Program-made: the position numbers and the translations under genes
Notes under the pieces: generated by a model
The model's database searches: none
Told to the model about the DNA's origin: nothing
What the model saw: the letters and a program-made list of their open reading frames with translations, nothing else
Shown here: one piece after another, positions 11,199 to 21,263 of the stretch
How the letters are laid out: the number at the start of each line of letters is the position of its first letter
Position numbering within the stretch: position 1 is the first letter of the stretch
Assembly: GCA_003971905.1 (NCBI GenBank)
Contig: RSEE01000012.1
Span: forward strand, 62,001 to 126,000
Origin: Moniliella sp. 'wahieum'
Taxonomy: Eukaryota
DNA length: 64,000 bases
Reading direction: 5' to 3'

Positions 11199-12300
11199 CC
11201 CGCCTCCGTCGCACGGTTTGAGGTCACACCATCTTGGGTTTCTCCAATGCTTGGGTGCTTGGGCACTCGGGTCCCCGTACCCACCATCGACCAGCAGCTT
11301 TTTGTGAGGGACGTCCAAGTGTAGCTGGCGCCTGTTGAATTCACATGTGCCCATATTATATGGCTGTTCATTGCATGTAACCCTGGGGCTAGGACGGTGT
11401 ACGGCGACGGCCAAGCGGCCAACTAGACCGTTGCGAGTGCAAAGCGGAGAGAAAATGTGGGCAGCACACTTGAGTACAGCGTACTGTGAGTACTGAGCTG
11501 GGTCGCCCAGGAATTGCCGAAAGGTATGGGCGTTTTTACTACCAAGAACTAGTAGGACAGGAAAGGGAGGAGAGGGACACAGAGGCTGATATCACGGCAT
11601 AGCGCAGTAAAAGTAACAATGCCAATACCAGTCTCGCTTCCACATACAAGGCAAGGGAGACGAGAAGAAGAGACATGCCGGCTGGACACGATACCGCTTG
11701 TTGATGATCGGTGGTCGATGAAGGTGGATGACACGCGAGTCGCAGCTTGCCTAGCTTGAAGCGAGCTGAGGTCGGAGAGGTAATGAGCGGACCAACCCCT
11801 ATACACCTCTACTAGTGCGTCCTAATACAGAGAGAACATGGCGGTGACAGGCACGTGCGTGTGACAGCACATTATATGGCCAACATACACATACAATATC
11901 ACATTTCCACACGTTGCGTGTCCTATTCTCCTCAGGCCTCAGGCATCATTCACATGTGGCTGGAACAAGCAGATCGGGCTACTACCGGGGCCGGCCTGGT
12001 CACGGTGCCATCCCATCTCGGTTATACCATTCTTTCCCATCCCCCAAAGGCATTACTCTGTGCTCCTTATCGCCTAACCTAACTCACTGCACTGTGATCT
12101 CTCATGCAATCTCTCCTTCATACGTATTAATATGTATACCAGCACACCCGATCTGCGCCTGCCCGTTCCACCAACGTTCTCCTTCTACACCCATTTGTGC
12201 CTCTTGATCCCAGATCTCACAAGTATAGACCACAAAAAGGTCTCTCTGCTCAATGAATACTAGCACCCACAAGCACTGCAGTGATGTGGATGAAAGTATT

Positions 12301-13352
12301 TGTCACGGTGCGGGCGCCGCCAGGGGGCTCGTCCCAGGGTTGTATGGGGTACAATCCACTGAAGAGACGGTAGATCGACTGAGGGTAGTTTCGGGCTTGG
12401 GCTAGTCGGTGGATCCGAGCAGAGCTAGGGACGAAGAGAGGCCTTTGGGCACGAAGCCGAGGCGGCCGCACGTGTGGCAAGGTTGCGTGTGCACCGACGT
12501 GGGCCGTATAGTTACCGCGTATCTGAAACTTCCGGGGCTTAGGGACGGGAGGAGACAGTAGCGGACAACCACTGCCAGAGCTGAGACTGGACACAGACCG
12601 CTGGCCATGTGGCTGGAAAGCAACCCACGCGAGAAGCTGATACGGGGAGACTCGACGCGGCTGAAGGAAGGCTCGCGCGACTGGACGGATGGAGAGCTGG
12701 AGGACGAGGTCGGGAGAGAAAGTGGGAGCTAAGACGAGAGGACATAGCTAATCGAAAATGCGGTAACAAGGTTCCGGATAGATATGTGAGGACTACGTAA
12801 AATTCAAGGTGGGCAAGGCCCAACAAGATTGTGCGCAAGAAATTTCGATTAGCTATGGAGGCTGCCTGTACTGAATCAATTGGCTGGAAAAGGAGAAGGG
12901 AAGGGACGAGGGAGGACGAGAGGAGACCATAATGTAAGGTGGGGGGAATAATCCGGATCAACCAGGGGTACGGGCTCGATCAAAAAGGAAAACGGATTCA
13001 AGAGGGGGGGTTGTAGAAAGGAAGATATGTTAAAAGAGGGGGTTGGTTGTTGCAGGCTCGACAGAGAAAGGAAGAGGAAACGGGGACGGGGCTACAGTCG
13101 TCGCACACGACTGACTGGAAGCTCGGTGGCCATATTTAGGCCATCCGACTTGTATGCACTTGGGCGGGGGGCGACGATTGTCGCGCGGGCTCATGGCTCC
13201 TCGGGCCACCGTACATCTCGTTCAACCAACAACCAACCGTCATCACGCGTCAAACCTGGTTGGACTTCGGGAGCGCGTTCTCCTTGGCATGTGCAGAGCA
13301 GGCGCGCCTTAGCTTGGATCAGACCATCTTGGACCCAACGCCGCCCGTGACA
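12301..13352 (-). mobile_element. Solo-LTR-like element, family A copy 1
   Basis: Bounded by TGTCA (12301) and TGACA (13352). Both ends and internal blocks align to the reverse complement of 16188-16850. No exact TSD (GTATT vs GTTTG). Strand is relative to copy 2. Confidence 0.7.
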
Positions 13353-13599
13353 GTTTGGGGGCGACGGCCTGCGACAACAGGTGATGGTTTCTCCGCCCTC
13401 TTCGCTTCATTACTATAGTTGAACGTGTTGAACGCGCCAATATGGAGAGGGATCTCAAACCTTGATCTCAACGTTCAACGTGTTCCGCGTCTCAACGTCA
13501 GTCTATCGCGCGTATCAACTTGATCGCGTCAAATATGGTAGTTACTTTGTCGATACTATGGCTATTCACAATCGATCAATAGCATGAACACCTCGGATT

Positions 13600-13720
13600 G
13601 CAAAGCGGGAACTGGAAGAATCAACACCACTCCTATAGTTCTGCTTCGGATGTCCACAGCAGATGACGCACACGACGTACCGCCGTCTATATATTGGCGC
13701 TTGAAGCATGAAGGTTAATT
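13600..13720 (-). mobile_element. Second possible copia RNase H relic fragment
   Basis: Shares exact 18-mer TAGTTCTGCTTCGGATGT (13636-13653) with 7653-7670; minus strand reads TSEAEL. Confidence 0.28.
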
Positions 13721-14221
13721 CAAGTTCCATTGTGAATGGAAGGGAGGGCTATGCCTTAGGGGGCTTAGGGGATAATGTGACCGTCGCTTAGTTAGCCGTG
13801 GTGAAGCCGGCGATGAGAAGCTGATGCTGCGATGCGTGGGGGACTACTTGCTCGCAAAGTGCGTTTGGACTACAGTTTTGGCGTCAGTCTCTCGACGGTT
13901 GGATTAGCTGTCATCACTAGATGGCTATTGCACATTGATGTGCAGTGATTTTTTCCCATGTTGTGGTTTTCCTTTAGTAGTAGTAGTATACTACTGCTAG
14001 AGACCTGTGGGCCCCTCCTTTCCCAAACAAAAAGTTGAATTGACTTCAATGTGGCTATATACTTAGTTGACCAGCACCTGGATGATGGTGTTATTGTTCG
14101 ACTCTTTTTGAACCCGATCCAACCTCTATTGTCACGGGCGAGTAAACCAGTGGAGTCGCCAGCAGGCCTGGACCCTCGTCTGTCGCACGCCATCGATAGA
14201 AGGGTGGAACGAGGCTTTACC

Positions 14222-15803
14222 CTAAAAAGCCGGGACGGAGTAGGGGGGTGGTTTTTTTGTTAGGAATATGATGCGGCTGAACGAGGGGCCATTACTGAAA
14301 AAGAGAATGAAAACGCCAGCCCAGCCACGGTAGAGACTACCCCATCCCTCTTCCCGTTCATGGTAGCGATGCAGTCCCATAGCCCAGTGTAGGGCCGCGC
14401 AGTGCGGAGCACGACCGCCTTGGGAACAGGTGGAGTAGCTACTCCTTCCACCCAACGCCCGGGCGGAGGGGGTGCCTTCCTCCGCACCCGTCGTAAGGTC
14501 AAACTCGGTCTCGCTCCCACTTTCGTCCCCATCCCTGCGACGCATCTCCAGGGCCTCCTCTTCGGGCTCCGGGGCCCCCTGACTCGCCAATCGTACCATC
14601 GCTGTCTCCAAGGGCGGGACGATAGCAAGGAGACAGAAGGACAATAACCAATACGTCACGTTTGTTACCACCAACAGCAGAACTGCCCAAATGTTGCCGA
14701 AGCTGGGTTCCTGCTTGAATGTGCGCAGACGGGCGTACGTGGGTATATGGCTCTGTAAAAATTCCTCGGCGGTGTTCATCGACCAGTAGAGCACCACGGG
14801 TACGACAACGAGAAAAGCAACGCGTGTAGTGCCCACGCTGACGCTGCACCGGGCAACGTCCAGAGAAGATAGGGCCGTTTGCGTTCCTGCTCCGTTAGTA
14901 GCAACTTTAGGCTTCCATGGAGTATGAACATGCAAGGCATGAGTGGAGAGGTAGGCGCTGTAGTGTATTGTCAGTCTCAGCGGCTGTTATAGCGCAGGGG
15001 GAGACGAAACGCGTCATGAAATACTGATTGGGAGCAAGACCAAGTTGAAAACGACCAAACCACCGTAGTGAGAAAGGGAAGAGATGCGTCGCAAATATGG
15101 GCACGTGCCATCGTTCCTTTTCTGTTGAATCTTCCTCAGCCCCCTTCCCACGGTCACCCTCCACGCGAACACGACTTCACCTCGTGAAACTTCGGGAATC
15201 TCTTCTCCAGACACCGCATAAGGCCAGAGGGTCATGTTGATCCAGGATGCTGACAACATGGGAGGGATTTGGCAGTGCCGTTGTGATATATACAAATCGT
15301 TGTATGTTGTGGAAGGGAAAGCAACTAGGATGGCGTCAAGCTCGGGTGGGGGTGATGTGCGTGGTGAGGACGGTAAAGTTGCCGGCAAAGTTAGGGAGCT
15401 GGTGGAGGCTTCGAGCTCAGCACGGTGCGCCATGAGCGAAGGGTGGGCGAACAGGTTCCAGAAGAGGCCAAGGAGTAAGGCACGCAGTGTCCACAACGCA
15501 CTCCGCGTAGGAGCCGCGTACCCCTCAGCGTTCCATGTGCGGATGAGTACACGGAAGACCGAAGTGGGGACAGCAGGTAAGCCCTGTGGGGAGCAGCAGG
15601 GCGAGGCTCCGGGGGGCCCAGTTGGCGCGTGCCCGTGCCAAAGAACTGCGGAGCGGGTGTGGAAACAGGCCTCCTAGAATCAGGTGAACCACCATAACAA
15701 AGAACGCCTCAAGCATGCGGTTTACATTGACGATTTCTGCGTCAGACAGACCGCTGTCAGGCAGCAAGCTGGCGAGGGTGGCACTGCTGTTGGGATTGGA
15801 CAT
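14222..15803 (-). CDS. Hypothetical multi-pass membrane protein with a C-terminal mitochondrial-carrier (Solcar)-like repeat; frameshifted
   Basis: PLETAMVRL (Px[DE]xxxxR) followed, after an acidic loop, by PYTGLWDCIATM..EEGWGSLYRGW (split over frames); several hydrophobic segments upstream. Confidence 0.6.
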
Positions 15804-15880
15804 GCGTGTCTGCTATCCGCGGTGTGTGTGGATGGATGGAGACACGAGGGTGGTGGGCCGGTTGGTGTAGTACAACTAAT

Positions 15881-15961
15881 CGGGCGGCTGCAGTGTGGCA
15901 AGACTGCTTATAGAACAGCTCGGGCGGCTGCAAGTGTGGCAAGACTGCTTATAGAACAGCT
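15881..15961. repeat. 40/41-bp tandem duplication
   Basis: CGGGCGGCTGCA(A)GTGTGGCAAGACTGCTTATAGAACAGCT present twice, differing by one A. Confidence 0.9.
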
Positions 15962-16187
15962 TGGGCGACAGGAACGGTCTGAAGCCTTCGGGCTCAGGGA
16001 CAGGGAGTGGGAGTGGAGGACAAACCATTGCTATTAGATAGCGACGAAAAGAGAAACAAACGCAATAGAGAGTGATAGAGGGTATAGTGCTAGGGTTCCC
16101 CTGCCCTCTCCCCAATTGATCGGCGAATCGCGCTGGCGCGGCTGATTCGTTCCGTGTGCAACTCCTTCAATGCTCTGTGGTGTCACA

Positions 16188-16850
16188 TGTCACGGGCCAA
16201 GAAGCTGAGGCCCGTCTGCTCTATCTCATCATCGATCAAAGAGCTCGCTCCTAATCCAGTTCCACCGCGGTTGGCTCGACCGCCAGCGCGATTATCAAGT
16301 CTACGTATCTGAGCGACAATAGTCGCCTTCCGCCTCAGTGAATTGAGAATCCCAGTTTCGTCGCTCCCCGCTTTCCCGTTGTCTCCTTGCGACACTAGTC
16401 GCCCCGTGCTTGTTGATTCTCTGTGTCTGATAGCGACGCTAGTCGCCCCATGCCTGTTTCTCTTACCTTTCTAGGCTGTCCGTGCGGCAGCCGTCTCCCC
16501 TGTTCTCCCCTGTTCCCCATTCCCCCCTGTTGCCTTGTTCCCCTTTTAGTTCCCCTGCCTGTTGGCAATGGTTCGTGGCTTCCCCCCACGGTCCATCTTC
16601 GTCGCTTCGTTACCCCCTTGTCTTCATTCGTCACCCCCCTTCGTCACCCTTGTCTTTCGCCCTTGTCTCCTCGCCTGTTCACCCTTCACCCCTGCCCGCT
16701 TTTCGCCCAATTGATTCAGTACTAGCTCCGCAGCGGACCCACCAACCAGCCCAAGCGGGTAACTACGGTGAGTCGTCCTTAGGACCTCCAAGGGATTGTA
16801 CCCCTTAAACCCCCCGGGGCGGGCCCCCTGGCGGCGCCCGCCCCATGACA
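16188..16850 (+). mobile_element. Solo-LTR-like element, family A copy 2 (shorter, inverted relative to copy 1)
   Basis: TGTCACGGG...CCCCATGACA termini; homologous blocks to 12301-13352 on the opposite strand (e.g. GCGACAAT.GTCGCC and CTAGCTC.GC..CGGA.CCACC.AC.AGCCCAAGC). Confidence 0.7.
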
Positions 16851-17153
16851 TGTGCATGTGGCCACTATTTATATACTGTTGTCTCCGCCTGTTCAATGAA
16901 GGTTTCCTTGTCACATGTCACCCTTGTTACCAATACCAAAAGAACCATGGGATCCATTTGTGCCGTTTGGCGTGGGCAGCGTAGCACGCCGCACGGTGCA
17001 CCTGCCCTCGTGCCACAGCCAAGTGCCACAGCCGAGTGCCCCAGCGAACCGTCTCGAGTCTGATTCGACTGCAGGGAAGAACCCAAAGGGGGTCGGGGTG
17101 GGTGGGGCTAAGCAGGGGTTGGGGTACGATGCCAAATACGTTGCCGACCGCAG

Positions 17154-19417
17154 TCAGGTGCGGGGAGGTTGTTGGAGCAAGAGAGAAAGTTGGTGAATTC
17201 GTTGGCGGACGAGCAAGCGTTGGGAATAAACTTGTCGTTCTTGTTTGGCCAAAACTTGACGTTCGGCCGCTAGGCGCGCATCGTACGCTGCCACCTGCTC
17301 CATTCGCGCTGCGTACCGATCCATCTGGGCCCGTGCCAGAGCAAAGAAGGAAGCTTGCGTCTCACGCTCTTCTTCGGTCGATCGGATACGCAGTGTCGTA
17401 CGCTGGCACGGCGGTTCGTCAGTTTGCGCCCCCGCAGAGGGAGATACAGTTACGACGGGGTCACCAGCACGCATCGTCTCTGGTTCCTCGTACCCGTTTG
17501 CTGGACCATGGCCATTGCTATGACCATTAAGCTTGCCTTCCTCCCCTTCGTCCTTGGCCACAGTCCGATCCAACGCTGCAATCGCCTTTTGGGCTGCGCT
17601 TCGTGCCAACTCCGGCTGGGCCAGGCGGGAGAGCAAGCGAAGTCCAGCCCAGTCGTTCGTGACCACGTCCCGTTCCGTGCGGGCGGGGAGGAAGCGGTCC
17701 TCGATGGGCAACTGGAGAAAGTGAAGTGCACATTCCTGCGCCGAACGAGTAGCCACTACCTGAGACACGCGGGTCCAAGACGTTCCATATTGCTGCAGCG
17801 CATGAAGCAACTGGAGAGTTTCGGTCTGGGACCATGCGCGTTGGTTCGTTTCGCTCGCCTCGCGCGCGGGCAGACGGAGAAAGTCAGATGCCCTGAGCGG
17901 CGCTGGGAAGCGGGCGGCAGCGTAGCAGGTGCTACACAATACTGGACCAGGTCCGACAGCAAGTAGAATGTACCGTTCGTCGCAGACGGTGCCACACGTA
18001 TCGCACGTGGCTGGGGGTGGAAGGCACGTGCGGTCGAGAGAACCGACTGAGCGTCTTCCACGGACCAAGGGGTGGCCGAGGTGGTGCGGGTCTGGTAGAT
18101 GCCAGTGCGAAGGGGGAGGGAACCCTTTGATTCTGAGCCTGCAGCCGGCTCCATCGGTCGCAACCCCTGGGGTGTGTCGAGGAGAAGACGAAAGTGACCT
18201 GTAAACGCCGGTTGCAACTTTTGTGGCCGACGCGAGGCAGGCACCTGGGTATTGATCACCCCCCACAGGTCGAGAAATTTGTGGATCCGCATCAACCCCC
18301 ACACATCGCCAGCCAACACTCGCCGGCACGCAGTGAGCGTCAGGTATTCTTCAGGGTTGAGTCGGTACGTGAGCACGAGGAAGCGACGGTATTTGCAGTA
18401 CAGGGCTGGCGTTTTGCTTCGGTTGGTGCCCGAGAAAAATTCGGGCAGGGCTTTGCGCTCGATGGGATGGACAGAGTCGAGGGAAAACCAGTGGGCTCGG
18501 GAAGGAAGTTTCCACCCGCCTTCGGGGGCGGATTGGGCCACCGTTTCTTCCAAGATCTCGATCGCCTCATCGCCTGAAAGGGGGACAGGAGGACCGTGAT
18601 GGCGTCCATGCTTGTCCGATGGGGGATACGGGTCGGGATGATCGGGCGTGGCACGTTTGGGCCCGCGCACAGGAATCATGTAGTCTGCCACGTCCAAGAC
18701 AGTATTTTGTGCGACACTGGTCTCTAGCCAGGTCATGCTGAGAGCCACAGGGGCGCGGTCGCTGGTGGAGGCGCTGGGTGGTGGAGTGTCAGCGGCGGGG
18801 TAGACGAGGTGGGTCGCATTGTCGGGATTGTTGGTCCAAGTGACTGCGGGGGCGGGGGGGCACGCAGAACAGCAATGTCAGTACGGGAAGTCCGGATGGT
18901 TAGGAGCAGAGACGTACGATCGAGGAACTGGGCCATGGCCTTGGCAGAGCCAGCTGCTTCGGGAGGGGTGGTGCGGGGGTGGAAATGCGCCAGGAGGACG
19001 CGGGCAGCGGGAGGTGCTGGGTGAGCTGGGCGAGGAGGTGGGAGAAGAAGGGGATGTGGGCCTCGTCGAGCGGGTCGGCATCGGTGCGGAGGTGGGCATC
19101 GGCGTAGATGGGGAGGGCGATGCGGACGAGGGCAGCAAGGGGGGGCGGGTCGCCGGCGAGGCTGAATGCGCTGTCGGGGAGACAGGTCGGGTGGCGTTCC
19201 GCAAGGTCGGAGGCGGCGGGGTTGGCGGGGCGCGGGGCGGGCGGGGCGAGGTGGGTGGCCTGGAAGCGCTGGATGCTGGCGGCGAGCTGGGCGATGTCGG
19301 GGGCGGTGAGCGCGGCGGAGGGGGTGGGGCCGGGGGGGGCGTCGGCGGCGACGAGGGGCAGGACGACGGCCGCAGCTGGGAGTGTGCGGCGGGCGTGTCG
19401 AGGCGCGGGGCGGGCAT
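17154..19417 (-). CDS. SWI/SNF/RSC core subunit, SWI3/RSC8/SMARCC family (SWIRM + ZZ-like zinc finger + SANT/Myb + C-terminal coiled coil)
   Basis: SWIRM (LPSRAHWFSLDSVHPIERKALPEFF...YRLNPEEYLTLTACRRVLAGDV...IHKFLDLWGVIN), CDTCG...LCSTCY, SANT (WSQTETLQLLHALQQYGTSWTRVSQVVATRSAQECALHFLQLPIED). Confidence 0.9.
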
Positions 19418-19703
19418 GTGGGCGTAGGTTGCGCGGTGTTCGGCCCGCAGGCGTTCGTTCGGGGGGGCGCTTGCTTGGCTCTGCGCGGTGCGCGACGCGT
19501 TGCTTGGGCGCCTGCCCCCCGCCCCCCCACCCCGGTGTACGTAATCCCGCCTTAGGTAACGCCCGAGCGGAACGGTGCCCGAAGGCGTGCATTCCGCCTG
19601 CGCTCGGGCTCGGCCGCAGGCATTCCCGCCGCCCTTCGCACCGCGCACGCCCCAGCCCGGTCCCAGCCTGCCAGCCCACGCCACCGCTGCCTCCACCACC
19701 GCC

Positions 19704-20666
19704 ATGAGCCAGGCTGCCAGTATCTTCTCGCGCTTTGCCAGTGCGTATCGCTGCCCTGCCTGCCTGCGTCGCCCTGCTCACCGCTCACCTGCTTCCCCTC
19801 CCCCCAGTCCCCCTCGGCGTCGCCGCCATGGGCGTGCAGGCCAGCCTGTACGATGTGCCCGGCGGCTACCGTGCCGTGATGTTTGACCGCTTTGCCGGTG
19901 TCAAGCCCCAGGCCACCGGCGAGGGCACCCACTTCCTCATCCCTGGCTCCAGCGCCATCCTGTACGACGTGCGCATCAAGCCCGCACCATCTCCACCACC
20001 ACCGGCTCCAAGGACCTGCAGATGATCACCCTCTCGCTCCGTGTGCTCTCCCGCCCGGATGTGCAGCACCTCCCAGCATTTACCAGGGCCTGGGGCTCGA
20101 CTATGACGAGCGTGTGCTGCCGTCGATCGGCAACGAGGTGCTCAAGGCGACCGTGGCGCAGTTTGACGCGGCGCGAACTCATCACCCAGCGCGAGGTGGT
20201 CTCGGCGCGGATCCGCGAAGACCTGCTGCGGAGGGCACGCGAGTTCAACTCATCCTCGAGGATGTCTCCATCACGCACCTGACGTTTGGGCGTGAGTTTA
20301 CCAAGGCGGTGGAGCAAAAGCAGATTGCGCAGCAAGATGCCGAGCGGGCCAAGTTTGTCGTCGAGAAGGCTGAGCAGGAGCGGCAAGCGTCCGTCATCCG
20401 CTCCGAGGGTGAGGCCGAGGCTGCATCTACGATCTCGGCTGCGCTGGAGAAGGCGGGTGATGGTCTGCTGACCATCCGCCGGATCGATGCGTCGAAGGAC
20501 ATTGCGTCGACGCTGGCCAACAGCCGCAACGTGACGTACCTGCCCCACGGCAACGGCATGCTGTACGTTGGTACCTCTGGGACTGCTTGTGTGGGGGGGG
20601 AGGAGAAAGACGGGCGAGTGACTGACACAGATGCACGTGACCAGACTGAATGTGCCGGCGCAGTAA
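19704..20666 (+). CDS. PHB1: Prohibitin 1; introns 19741-19807 and 20563-20644
   Basis: SLYDVPGGYRAVMFDRFAGVK, GEGTHFLIP, LGLDYDERVLPSIGNEVLKATVAQFDA, FTKAVEQKQIAQQDAERAKFVVEKAEQERQA. Splicing of the last intron restores ...MLLNVPAQ*. Confidence 0.95.
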
Positions 20667-21263
20667 AAACGGAGAGGCGGAGGGGCCTCGTTTGCTGGTA
20701 CGCCTCCTGTGCGGCAAACGAGACCAGGACGGATAGCCAGCTGCCTGTGTACACTACAGTACCCAAGCACCCAATCGACGACACTGCTCAGGCCCAGGTC
20801 TTTCAGATAGCAGACGCGATAGAAGACGTCGGCGACGGCCACAGCGGAGGAAGCGGGCACGCGATAGGATGGATCGGCCTGAGGCGAGGACGCGGACAGG
20901 CGATCGGATGAGGCGGCCTCCGCACGCACGGTGAAAAAGGCGAGGAGCGCGCTTAGCAGCCGCGGTGGTGTGAGGCGTGCTGCGGCCGGATGCCCGGCTG
21001 CTGATTCGATGCATCGCGCCGATTCAAGACGGAAGATTGAAATTGAATCGGCCGGATGAGCTCATCCCGATAACCTCCGCTGCATCCACACTGCCCCCGT
21101 GCGGCGCATGCGGCGTATCAGGGCTGGGCACTGCGGGGTTGATTAAGCCTCACAGTCACTGATCCCTCCCCCATCCGACCCCATCCACCGCCACTCCTCG
21201 CTCCCTCTCTCCACACCACCTTTTCATCGCCCCCCCCCCCCCCCCCCCCACACCACCACCACC

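Noticed and set aside
12301..16850. Autonomous DIRS-type or TIR transposon
   Set aside because: No reverse transcriptase, tyrosine recombinase or transposase ORF between the inverted ends.
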